Shown: positions 1 to 13,523 of the stretch, piece after piece
Layout of the letters: each line of letters opens with the position of its first letter
How positions within the stretch are numbered: position 1 is the first letter of the stretch
DNA from: Yuukianura sp. NJ FZ-2021
Lineage: Eukaryota
Assembly (NCBI GenBank): GCA_046563655.1
Contig: CM102290.1
Coordinates: 1,674,001 to 1,738,000, forward strand
Length of the DNA stretch: 64,000 nucleotides
Direction: 5' to 3'
Made by a program: the position numbers and the translations under genes
Notes under the pieces: model-generated
The model's input: only the letters and a program-made list of their open reading frames with translations
The model's database searches: none
What the model was told of the DNA's origin: nothing

Positions 1-612
1 ACATCCAGAAGGTTGAGCGAGAATGACGCGAAATGAAGTATAGCAAAAAGTCCGATCGGTAGGATTGCCACTAGAAAGAAATCAATCATAAAAATTAAGC
101 CATCTATGCATGTACCGTAAAGTTCTAAGATTGACTTGGACAATGTTAAACTTACGAGTGATGGGTTGAGAGTAAATAAATATGAGAGAGTAGAAGAGGT
201 AATGACAAGAGTCCTCCAGCATCAACTGTGCAAAGAATAATTGCGTAAACGACGGAGGCGGTAGGCGCTGATGAAGACGTAGGGCCGACGTTGCTGCCGC
301 TGCCATAAATGCTTTGTAGTAGAAATTTGAAGCATGTCTATAAAAAAAGTACACCAACTTTAGATCCAAGATTATCAATCACACGTTAATCAATCAATTA
401 GAAACTAATTACCCGAAGATTGGTACGAGGTACAGAAATCCAAATCCAATTGTCATCAGACGAGTGACCCACTGCGCAAAGTCAACCTTCCGAGCCTTGA
501 CAACTGCAACGAATTTATCCCATTGGGCCGGTGGTGGAGTCGGAATTGATGAATTAGGCTGGTCACCTTGACCCTGGCTCTGCTCTTCCTGATTCTGTTC
601 TGTTTCAGCCAT
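1..612 (-). CDS. TMEM33: Transmembrane protein 33 / Krueppel homolog 2 (5' exons only; runs off the window start)
   Basis: ATG at 612 (MAETEQNQ...). Exons encode FYYKAFMAAAATSALRLHQRLP...LMLEDSCHYLFYSLIF...AILPIGLFAILH, matching TMEM33 (TSALRLHQRLP, LEDSCHYL). GT-AG introns. Confidence 0.93.
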
Positions 613-1410
613 TTTCTTACCAAATCCGGGACAGAGGATGACAGTTACAAAATTCGGCTGCTCAGATCCAAGTTTAGTCACCGATAGTTCGACAACTTTC
701 TGTTTCTCTAAAAAACAAGTTCGAAAAACAAGTCCAAACAATGAGTTTCAAAGTTCCTATAGCAACAAAATAGAATTAACTATTAAAAAGTTAAAAATCT
801 ATTTTCTTGTTTACGAACCTGGATGAGTTTCCTCTCCAGTTAAGCAATGCCGCAGATGACTCACCGAATTAACTAATTTGCGAAACTGCTCACTAGTTCG
901 TAAGCTAAGAAGAAAGAAGGGAAATGGACTACGATTCGAGTTCGTAAGCCGAAAGAGAAAAGAACTGAAATGACCACTTTCTGTGCTGCACTACTTTTCG
1001 CAATTGCAAAAAAAAAATTAAGCCGATGTGTGTTAATCCTTCATGATGATTGACGCATGCGCAGAAGAGGTGTGGTTTCCCGTTTTGAAACAAGGAGGAA
1101 ATGACCTGCAATTTCAAACATATGACACGCAGCAGTCGGCATTTTTCGCTCCATAGAAACACTCCGTTATGCTAATCTTATCGTTAATAAGCGATAAGTG
1201 AGTGATTAGTAAGTAGTCTGATGTTATCGCGTTATCTCTCGTAACTAATCAGTTGCAATGTTAGTAAACAAAAAAAAGTTTCATAAATTGACTTTATTTT
1301 TAACTCGAAGTCTCATATAAGAAGGCAGTACTTACTTCATACATATAATTTTTCAAATAAGTTTTGTATAAGCGTACTTAATATTTTTCGGAAACCAATG
1401 AGTTTTCATT

Positions 1411-1599
1411 GGTTTAACGATAATCACTGTAGCCGAACATTGTACCCATGTTGTGTGGCTACAGTAGGTGGCTGTATCTGAGTGGCAACATTTGTAGCCA
1501 CCACAAGATAAGCGGCAACATAAGTATAGCAACAGCGTATTCACCTATTGTAGACGCAAAGTGGCTACACAGTGTGGCTACAATGCCGATCGCTAAACC
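1411..1599. mobile_element. MITE-like element, family C (GTGGCTACA/TGTAGCCAC motifs)
   Basis: Imperfect terminal inverted repeats (ggtttaacgataatcactgtagccg vs reverse complement of the right end, ggtttagcgatcggcattgtagcca). Internal GTGGCTACA repeats. Homologous copies at 12.3 kb and 16.2 kb. Confidence 0.7.
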
Positions 1600-2981
1600 T
1601 TAACCCAACCTTTCATTGAATTGATAAAACGTTAAGTAAACGTTAGGGTTTGAGCGGTGGTGTGAACTGGCGGCAAACGAACTCAAGTTCAAATTTGTGC
1701 GGAGTGAAAACTCAGTGTTTTTGAGCTTTTTAAGTACTTTTTGTATTTTTTTGTGTTAAAAGAGTAGGGAGAGTGGGTGGACGGGAGTAGTGGGTGTTGA
1801 TCTCTGAGGTTTTTTGATGGGAAGAGGAAAACAAGTTTCTCTTCTTTTTCTGCAAGGAATTCCTACCATTTATTTGTGTGCTCTTCTTCCTTTCGTCCTC
1901 GCAGCAGCTGATCACTTTGCCAATAAATTGTTGTTATCCCAATCTAAGAGTCCAAGAAGTACAGAAGAAGACGAGGAGAGCCTTGTCATTTTCTCAGCAT
2001 ACAACATCCATCCTATTGTCTTCGGTAAGCTCTGCCTAGCCTCCGTCTAACTTTTGCACCTCCTTGGAGCAGTGGATCTCCCCCACTTAATATGTTATTA
2101 TTCTAGCAAAACGAGTTTTGACTTCTTCACTAAAGCTACCCACAAAGGATCATCTTCACTTGTCGTTGTTGTCAGTTAAGGTGGGTGAGACATCAAGATG
2201 AAGGCTCTGGAATCTCATTTTTAACTTATCAGCCTCACTGTTAGCATAACACCTTCTAAATTTACCAAGAATTGTTATTAACTATTTAAGACGAAAAATC
2301 GGGATTTATAGAGCCTTGTGTTCTAATTACCCTTTGTTTGTTTTCTTGGATTTAGAAAATGGATTTTGCTCCTTGTCAAGACACACGGCTCAAATCACCT
2401 TTTCTAGTAAAGCAACTCGTCACCGTCGTCTAGATGTAAAACGTCATATCCTACATATTTCAAGTTTTTGTTACACCTTCCGTCCAAAGGCTACCCGAAG
2501 TAGAGCAAGAGCAACACACGGCAGGATGAAAGCGCAGTGCTGTTTGTCAGGATTCTTTCTCCGGTCAAGTGACTGAACAGCAACTGACATTTTTGTGGTG
2601 TAAAGCTGATAGATTGATCTATTTCTGTGTCCAATCGAAACCGAAGCCACCGTCGTCATCTAAACTCAAAGGTAATAATTACATATCGAAGAATGCATTT
2701 GTGCATATAAAATCACATGAAATAATCAACCATCTTCATTTCTCATTGTCTCAATTAATTGAGAAAGGGGGACGACCAGAGGGTCGCCGCCAAGGTCTCT
2801 CATATCCTCTTCTGATTCATGTTTTGTGTCCCTCTCCTCGAACAGGGTGCTGGCAGTATCCTCTACTCTTTGGCAAAGGAACTCCCTTCATCAAGATGTG
2901 TCCATCGTCATAAGGACTGAAGGAGCGGCGCCTAATCCTAAGAATCAGCCCTTCTTTCCAAGATCGGCCTGCTTCAACTAA

Positions 2982-4115
<1,134 letters not shown>

Positions 4116-4800
4116 ACTCAGAGCTCCACTCATGTCGTCGTCAACAAAGAGCCACTGTTCGTTTGGTCTTCCTCTGGGCTTCGCATCGGGTCCTTTATCA
4201 TGATGATCACTATACTAAATAGACAACAAAACAGAGCCTACACGTCTCATCATAAAAGCTATTCTATTTTGTACTTAAGAAGAATAAAAGCAAGTCGAGA
4301 TTGAGAAAGGATTTACGACGGACGGAGATATGCCAAGATAAGTCTCAAATGGCCGGAGGGGATGCTGGCAGCATGCAGAGGTAAGGTGTTGGTTCCGGTT
4401 ATGGACTAATTGACCACACCCTTGTGAGGAGGGGGTTAGAGGGGGCGTCAAGTCCACAACAATTGAGAATCCCTTTGGGCAGTATTGTTGTGTCGACGGA
4501 AACCTCCTCTCACCTACCTCCTCAATTTCATTTACCTTTTGGATCCACACGAGTCGAGGTGTACGTAGTTGGTCCAAGGGGCACCTTCCAAGTCATCGTC
4601 ATCGTCATCGTGTCCTTGGAACGTCAGTAAGTGACCACCCATCGTTCAGTTTCTTTTCAAGTTCTACACAAAGGCTGTTCTGACTTTCGTCTTTCCAGGA
4701 TTAGCCCTGGTTATCCATCGTTTTCGGGCGCCATTTTACTTTTTGAAATTTTGAAGTGTGACATGCCGTGAGAAGTGACGACGAAGTCGGACGCCTAGCG

Positions 4801-7800
4801 ATGTCAACAACGTTCCAACTCCTCATCTTCGCTACTCTCGTCGTCCTGTCTCTGTCTCTCGAGCAGAAACGAACAGGTAATGAACTTGACTATACTTTAA
4901 CTTAACAAATTAACTTTGTTAAGTTAGTTTGTTAAATTAAGTTAGTTTGTTGCGTTAAGTAAGTAGTTGTTAACAAACCTCCACGAACCTTAACCTTACA
5001 AGGTTCAACTAAGGTCATCAGTTTGAGATTGTGGACATAGGTCAATGTCCAGTGGTCACTGACCAGATGGAATGTGTCAGTTTGAGGAATGTGGACAAAG
5101 GAAGAGAAAGTGTTGTTTTGAGGTACATTTTGACTTAGCCAGGGAGCATACTGCATACCATCTCAGAAGGGGGGTTGAAATTGTTAAATATTAAGGGGGG
5201 TGGGGGGTTGTTTCGTTTCGCTCCTGTGCACATTAAAACTCAAAAGTGAACAAAGGGGGTAAGAAGTGGCCCACTTTCCACTTAAAGGTGTGACCTCCAT
5301 TCCTAAATTAAAACATTTCGTCTGTCTCAGACACTACAATGGGCCTCTCTCCCCTGAATGACCAAGGTCACCAACCCTACCTACTAATAGTAGTCTCCAC
5401 CTACACTAAAAAGTAACTTTAAGCTACAAATTAACAATTAGCGGATTACTTTTTTTACCTAATCTTCACCGTTTATCTAAGACAAAAGACATAAAACGTA
5501 TGATCTGAAACGTAACAAGGATTTGGGGTACAAAAAAATCCACCCTTGGTTATTACCATAACCAAAGCAATTGTTAATCCTTGATAACTTTATTTGGATC
5601 GACTAACGTCACTTCCTAACTTAACCTACCATATACACCAATGTGTTTTTACACATTGTGTTTCCGCATTTCGATTCCAATTACTAATTGAACCATTTCA
5701 AACTTTTTTATCGTTGAAGGTATCGGAACCACCCGAGAGGTGAATGGAAGGAGTCGTTTTGGAAACGTTCCGATTCAGCCCCGCCCACAACAGCAACAAC
5801 TCAGCCAAGAAATTCCGAGTTCGTCGACACAGGAAACGGCTGAATATGTGTACGAGTACTACGACGAACCGGACTACCAGCACTATCCACCCAGGCCACC
5901 CACCAATCATCACCATCTACAACAACAACAGCATCAGCATCAGCATCCTGGTCTGGAATCGCTGCAAGGACGCAGTGTCAATCCCGGGGTCAAAGGTCAC
6001 TCCTCACCCCCTCCGATACCTACATCGAACGTCAGAGCGAACATCTTAGCCAGTGCTAGAGATCGCTTCACCTTTACCACTTCTACCAAGAGACCTCATG
6101 TCCTACATGCTCAACTTTCAAGGTAAGTTAGGAATATTTCAAAAACGAGTACTTTTTTTTGAAATTTTGAAAGTATTTACATTTGTTCGTTTTTTTTTAG
6201 ATTTAACCCGGGTATTTCTAAAGAAACGCTTCATTTGTCTAAATCTTCGACTGAAACTCCCACAGAAGAGGAATATGAATATGTTTACGAAGATGCTGAA
6301 CATGACACTATCGAGGCCCCACCGGAGCCACCAAGCAAAGAAAAAGAAATTGAAACAAAAGTTAGTGTGTCAGTATCAGCGTCACAGCACACTTCAACTC
6401 CCATGCCGAAACAGTTGAGTCCTGAATCTGGAATTGTCATTTCTGTCGCCACAACGCGAAGTGTCAGCAGTCGCCTCAATCCGATTCCCCAAACGACTCC
6501 GTCTACACCACAAACGACTGGACAAGCACAACAAAACTTACCAGTTTCAGTACCTCCTCCAGTATTTGTGCCGTTTGTGGTCGAAAAGGCAAAGGATATC
6601 GCCAGGGCTGTACCGAACGAAAGTGCTGGAATAAGTTCGAGCGTCAGGAATACGAAAAATGAGCTGTCACGTGACACTACTGCGCAGGGCGTACCGGAAG
6701 TGAAGACAGAAAGTAGCAGTGCCAGGTCCATTGCTTCGTCAACATCAACTACGTCAACTACAACTTCACCATCTCCGTTGTTGGATCTTGGCATAAAATT
6801 TGAAGATGTGTCGAAATTCTTACCGCCGGATTACAAAAAGCCACCGCCCCCACCCCCTTCCCCACAACCCATTCATAGCCTACTGCCTAAAATACTGTTT
6901 CAGGAAGTCGTTAGCCAGGCATTCCTGCCCAAGGACTACGTTTTATCAACTCCTTCTACCACAACTGCGTTACCATCAACTTCTACAACTACTGCTGCAA
7001 GTACTACTGCCAGCACTACTGCCATTCCTGCAACTACTTCTACGACTACTACTACTGAGGCTCCAACAAGTACAACTACTACTACTCAAGCTCCGCCCCC
7101 TCCAGCTCCAGCTCCAATCAATCCTCTGCAGGCACTCATGAACAAAATTCGTTTTGACGACGACATTTCCCGCCTCCTACCGCCTGGATACAAAGAGAAA
7201 AGTCTGCTCCCGCCAGACTACAAACCACCACCATCAACCAACCAATCCGCATCCACCACTCCCACAACCACCGTGGCTCCACCCTTAACCACCGGCAGGT
7301 CTGTGGTTCCACCAAAAGTAGTTTTTCCAACGAGAGCCGGTGGGTTCAAAGCAGCCAGGCCCACGACAGCGGAGCCACCAAAGGCTGAGACACCAGCCCC
7401 ACCTAAAGTGGCACTCAAGTCTGGCTGGCCCACGAGGTAAAACGTTTCCTTAACGAAAAAAATCTTTAAAAACTAAACGTTTTTCTTGTACTTTTTTTTT
7501 TTTTTAGAAAAACGACAGAATTCACTGGATGGCCAACAGTATCAACGACACCGATGCCTACGAGCACAACGCCCTCGACGACAACTGCTGTGACGTCAAG
7601 TACCGAACCACCGACGACAACAGAACGAACTACGACCACAAAAGCTCCACCGAAACGGAATCCAGTCACATTGTGTGAGTCCAACATTTGCAAAATGGAA
7701 GCGACACTGAGACTTACGGGCGGGGTCAGATGGAAACCAGAGTATGCGGACATCAATACCGAAGAGTGGAAGCATCTTGAGAGCACTGTAAAAAGAGAGG

Positions 7801-8785
7801 TAAAATTCAAACAAAAAAAAATTTTCACTTTGTTTTTAAATTCTAACTTTTTTGTTTTTTTATAGTTGGATGGAGCATATCGTTCCAGTGGCCTAGCACC
7901 ATTCTACCGATCAATCGAAATTGAAGCTTTCAAGTAAGTCGATTAACTTAATACTTCAATTACCGTTTTAATTAACGTCAATGTGTTTTTTTTCATAGTG
8001 AGGGCAGCGTTGTAGTAGATTACTTCCTACTAATGGACAACGTTGACCGTGAAATTAGTTCGGAACAAATTCGTGCTCTATTTCATGCTTCACTTCTTCA
8101 AGCTGAAGATCCATTTGAAAAAGATCGACTTCGGCTAGGACGGTACACAATTGATCCACGCTACACAGATTTCAAAGGTATGACAATTGAAAAGAAGTTA
8201 AAATTTCAAAAAAAAATTGTTGATTTGTAATTGAAACTAAACTTACATGAATTTCAGCTCGAACATTTGAGAGCGAAGGAGTCACAGGAGAACTGGAAGA
8301 AGCTCTGATTCCACAGTGGGGAATCGCTGTCATCGTCATCGGCTTGGCTTCACTCCTGTTCGTCATAATTTTTGCAGTGACATTGGTACGTTTTCTAAAA
8401 TTCAATTTAAAAAAGTGAATTTTTTTTAACACTTTGTTTTAAAATTTTGTAGATGGTGAGCAAGCAGCGTAAGGGCGGAGCTAAGAAAGGCGGTGTTTCC
8501 TTGACCCAAGAAATGTTGAACGAGTTCAACAAAAGAAGTTTAGGCAGTGGCGGGGGAGATTCGTCCGTCCGAAGAGAGGATCTGTACAACATGGACGATG
8601 TTTGGGACGAAAGTCGGTTAGAGCGGACACTGGATCTCCGGTCAGGTCGAAGGTCAAGCTTGAGTAAAGACGGAGGCTACAATATCTATGACAGTTGGAA
8701 AACGGAATGGCATGGATACAGCCACCACTTTAGCAAGGGAGACTCAAGTACTCGACGGAGGGCGGACTATGATACAGACTTTTAA
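4801..8785 (+). CDS. Type I transmembrane mucin-like protein with a SEA domain
   Basis: Eight phase-compatible exons (4801-4876, 5720-6122, 6201-7436, 7508-7799, 7866-7933, 7999-~8177, ~8258-8385, 8453-8785). Signal peptide MSTTFQLLIFATLVVLSLS, long P/T/S-rich region, SEA motif FNEGSVVVDY formed across a splice junction, TM helix WGIAVIVIGLASLLFVIIFAVTL, cytoplasmic tail ending DTDF. Confidence 0.85.
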
Positions 8786-9062
8786 AAAAACCGAAATCTG
8801 AAGTCCGGAAAAACCGAAATTTCAATTCCGGAAAAACCGAAATTTGAGATCCGTCTTACTACATTACCTGCCTGAATGGGTTCATGTGCCACCTCTAGTC
8901 ACAAAAATAGGATAGGCACGTATAATTTTTTATTCTTTGTCTCATACTCATAATTTTTTAGACAAGCTGTAAATATTTTTTAATTTGAGAAGTAAGAAAT
9001 AATGAATACTTGCAAGGCGCCTTTGGTAGATTGTTCCCATTCGTCCGGTTTTTAGAAATAAC

Positions 9063-12000
9063 CTACAAATTTCTGTTTAAGAAGCTTAGCAAAGTTGTCT
9101 CAAAGTGTTCACTCGCTTCCAGTCTTCGGAGACTATGACGCTCATGAGGATAAACCTAGCACAAAAAACTTTTAAATTTCAACTTCAAGTTAAAGTTTTG
9201 TCAATTTCGGAATTCGTACCTGCAAGTTGTGCGGTTTTCCTGCTTTTACAAGAGCGTTGATAAGTTGGGCCGTGTGGGTGAAATGAACATTTTCATCCAC
9301 CAGGCCATGAATTAGTAAAAGACGATTCTCTTCGTCCGGGAAAAGATGGACGTAGGAGAGGACAGAACTCCTTTGATACGCCGCAGCATTTGAACTGGGA
9401 AGACCCATGTAACGCTCAGTGTATCCAGTATCATAGAGGTCCCACGATGTCACGGGCGCTCCTGCAACTGCAACTTTAAAAAGTTTAGGAAACTGCACAA
9501 GGCCCATCAGCGTCAAGTATCCTCCGTAAGACCATCCATAGATTCCAAGTCGGTCCATGTCTATAAAACCTAGTCGTTCACCCAATGCTACAAGTACTTC
9601 CACTTGATCCTGTACTTCAACAGTACCCTGCAACACAACACAACGTAAAAACTCATGTTAATAGTAATGGGAATCCGGCGTTGGTTTTGCCTTTATTCGC
9701 AACAGGACATAATATAAGCCCAAACCCCAGGGATTGACAAATCAACCCCAAATCCCCGGGGATCGGCAAATCAACCCCAATTCCCCGCGGATTGACATAT
9801 CTTGCCCAAATCCCAGCAAATTGATTACCCAACCCCAAATCCCGGAGATTGACAACCCCAAAACCCCGGAGATTGCCAAATCAACCCCAATTGCCCGGGG
9901 ATTTATAACCCCAAATCCCCGGGAACTGATTAAACCATACACTGACTTAAACAAACACAACTTTTTTTTGTAATTTTTAAACATTACCATGCGTCGTCTG
10001 ATGTGACTTTCAAATTCAACACCTCTGTGATTTGAGCCCCTGGAATCAACGCAAACGACGCAATAGCCCTGAGAAGCCAACAAGTGTAGCCATAATTGTC
10101 CAGAACCCTGGAATTCAAAATTTAAAAACCTCAAAACTGGAAATTTTGAAGCACCAAGTTAACACTTACGCTCACTTTGTACGAGTTGTACACAAGTTGT
10201 ACTTCGGGACCACCATAGATGTTAAGAATCGTAGGATATTTTTTGGTAGGATCAAAATTTACTGGACGGTACACCATGGCATACAACGTCTCTCCAGTGT
10301 TCAGCTCATGCGTCAAAATAAGTGGAGCAGGAATCTCTGGATCTGGATTTGGAGCTGACACAAAATCCAAATTTCAAATAGATTACAAAATTTTGATGAA
10401 AATTCAAAATTCATTTTTTCAAAACTCACTCGACGAAGCATGTAAGTATGCAATGGGTTGGAGCCGCACGTCGTTATACTTGGACGGATTCTCTGAGTTG
10501 TAGACCAGTCTCGTGAGGACGCACCGTGGCGGAGTTGTGATATTGGAATAAGTGACAATGACTAAATTGTAGTCTAGAGAAATGACAGCCGTGTTGGAAC
10601 TGTCTAGAGACGTTAGTCTTTCTGGTGGTCCACCATCTTTCACTTCGTCCAGAGACACGACGTAGAGATGCCTCTCGAGCGGACTGTTCATGAGGCCAGT
10701 GAAGTACACCAAACGCCGCTCAAAATCGACTGTGATTGGTGCATTGATGACCTCCCACCGCCCACTAGTTAACTGGATTTTCCTTGACACAATTGGAGTA
10801 AGGCGTATAGCTGTGTAACAAAGTTATCATAAAGATTATGAAATTCTAAAATCTGAAATATTGAAATTCAAAATTACGAAACTTACGCGGATTTTCATTT
10901 TGAGATAGGCTAACACAGACGGGATGGCATAGAACGGATTTAACCTTATACAAATGTCTAAATCCCGTTTCCTCACTAGCCCAAATAAATTCAATCGTAT
11001 CATCATTCTCTCTGTAGGGGAAGAACTCCAAAATATCATGTACCTAGTGATTCAAAAAACCACTTTTTTAAAAAAAAAAAAGTTTTCTTTTTGAAAAAAA
11101 AAAGTTTCAAAATTTTGAAAAAAGACTTACGTTGATCCAATTGGAAGACACTTCATTGTATATAACATAAGGGGGAGGTGTTCTGTATCCATCTTTACTG
11201 CTTGGGGCTTTGATGAGAACCAACTGAAGGTACTCTTGTTCCCTGTCCAACAATTGGGTCCAAACACTGCAAATAAAAAAGTTTTTCAATATTTTATTTT
11301 TCAAAAAAAAAGTTTCAAAATTTTGATTATTTTTACTTACAAATTTCCATCGGGTGTCCAACCTGCTCTGACGAGATACTCTGCTTGAGGAAAGTAGCTC
11401 GATAAGGGATAAGAGAAATCTTTGATTTGACTCGATACGATTGTTTTCCCTTGTATCCTAAATTCTACTATTCTTAAAGTAGATTTGGCATTGGGTGATC
11501 CTGGTGTTGGAAATCGATATTCTTCTCTCTCAGTTCCCGGCGGAGTAAGGAAACTAACTAAACCAACATCCGATTCATCTACTTCTTCATATAAAATTTG
11601 ATACACTCCATCTGCCATCAAAACCAACAAATTATGAAAATCAGGAAATTTAAAAAATCAAAATTTCAAAATTTGAAGTTACCTTCACATGTCGGTTTCC
11701 ACCAAAAGCCTTGAAATCGATGAAACTCTTCTTGGATAATGTAGGATGGATAACCAGCACTCTTGGCCTGTGGATGTGGACCGGTCGAAGGCGCATGCTC
11801 TGTAAACGTTAACTGAACTTCTACTGGTTCCGGAAAGTGACCGAGAACGAAAATGTCGCCATTGAGGACATAGGCCACGAGGGATGGATTGTGTGGACAC
11901 ATTTCAAAGTTAAGTCTTGGTAAGCCTTGATGAATCAAACTTTCTGGCAGTTCCTCGGCAAGATGTGGCAGTTCTTTCTAAAAATTGCAAAATTCTCAAT

Positions 12001-12848
12001 GAAACATTTTCATCAAAGTTCAACTTTGTGAAATTCTGTCCAAAACTGAAACTTACTGTGTCTGAGTCAACACAGGTGAATAGAAACGTAGATGAACTGA
12101 ACAGAAACGTTCCGGATGGACCATGAAAATTGTAAGCACCAACCCCAGAAGGCGTTGTCATTCGTTTCCGTTCCATTTGCAATTCTTCTTCTTTCGATGG
12201 CGAGAAATCCGAACCCTAACACCAAAACATGACCAATTTTTGCACAAAACTTGCAATTTATGCACAAAACTTGTAAAATTTTGCACAAAAAAAATGGTGG
12301 AGGTAGGGATTTACGGCCGCCATTGTAGCCACACAGTGTTACCACTTCGTCATTTCTAGTGGTTACAATGAGTGGCTACACCTGAGTGGCAACCTAAGAA
12401 GCCATTTTAAGCCACCATAACCTAAAATGGCAACATCAGTTGCCGCACAGTGTAGCCACTAAAATGACAGTGGCAACACTGTGTGGCTACACAGACGGTC
12501 GTTAACCTCACCCCAACCAAAAAAATAGTAATTGAGTAATTCCCTTAAAGTAATTGAGTCTAATTTAATTACCGGGACATCTGGAACAGCAATTTGCATC
12601 CATGGGTAGGTAAGCGATGGTGGGTGGTTTGGTGGGATTGGTGGGGCCAATTTCGGAATGTCAACGCCATAGAGTGAGTTTTCCTTAGAATTAGGTGGAC
12701 TGGACATAAAGTAAACACGGTAGTCCCCATTGGCCTTTTGTCTCACTGCAAAGGAGTGGGGCAGTCTGTAGGAAAGGCCCCACAGCCACCGCCGAACTCC
12801 CCGAACTTCTTCTCTCAGCTCCGCCCAACTCTTTCTCCCGTCACTCAT
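9063..12848 (-). CDS. DPP9: Dipeptidyl peptidase 8/9 (peptidase S9B)
   Basis: Multi-exon. SKEEELQMERKR, IIQEEFHRFQGFWW, YGGPEVQLV, catalytic GWSYGG, HGLVDENVHF, last exon VYPHERHSLR...NL*. An extra upstream exon is possible. Confidence 0.95.
9716..9925. repeat. Degenerate minisatellite (AACCCCAAATCCCCGG-GATT units) in a DPP9 intron
   Basis: About 7-8 imperfect tandem copies of accccaaat(c/t)ccc(g)g...gatt. Confidence 0.85.
12307..12507. mobile_element. MITE-like element, family C, in DPP9 intron 1
   Basis: Inverted ends acggccgccattgtagccacacagtg ... cactgtgtggctacacagacggtcgttaacc. Homologous to 1411-1599 and 16210-16375. Confidence 0.72.
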
Positions 12849-13523
12849 TTCTCCAAGAGGTCAAAGGTCAACTGAGGTCACTCAACTCCCCAACCTTGTT
12901 TCTAACGGCAGTAGCCCTGCAAAATAACAGTTTATGTTCTACTCCTACTCAAATCTGGATCCTGACGTCTTGTGTCATCTGCCTTTGGGCTTACTCTCCT
13001 ACGGTAGCAGTAGCTATGAACATTTTTCAAACAACAAATTCCCTCTCAGGATCTCAACCCTACATCAAACCAAAGGAACAAAGAAATATTACAAAATTAA
13101 ATTTTGGTAAAATTTCAATAAAAATTAACTTTGCGTAAATTTTCAATGTAAAAAAAAATTTAACTCGTACCTAAACTGAAGAAGTTTTGAAAAATTTCGG
13201 GTATTTAGTAGCGGAGTTGCGAGAAATATTTATATTTAATTTAGCAGCTAGATTACCAGATTATTTAACAAATTATTTACCACAACTAAATATGGCTATT
13301 AAATATTTAAAAAAAGGAATGAGCTATAGAAATTCAGTTCGGTTTTGTGGTGGATCGACGTCATTCGTTTCAAAAATGGAAATTCCAAAATTGGTCACAT
13401 TTTCAGAAAACGCACAGCTCTTCCTTCATAGTTGAGTTGAACCAACTAAGTAGGAACTTTTGGTTTGAAACGATTGACGATTCGATATTACGATAGTTTT
13501 GTGATGTTAGCATGGAATTCGGG

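Noticed and set aside
6285..6794. 169-aa antisense ORF (likewise 17577-18032 and 25953-26339)
   Set aside because: Shadow ORFs opposite low-complexity or GC-rich coding exons.
8787..8845. Three short ccggaaaaaccgaaat repeats after the SEA gene stop
   Set aside because: Small local tandem duplication with no evidence of function.
9716..9925. Repeat array resembling CRISPR, and ORFs 9734-9973 / 9653-9838
   Set aside because: Degenerate tandem units without unique spacers, inside a eukaryotic intron. The ORFs are repeat artefacts.
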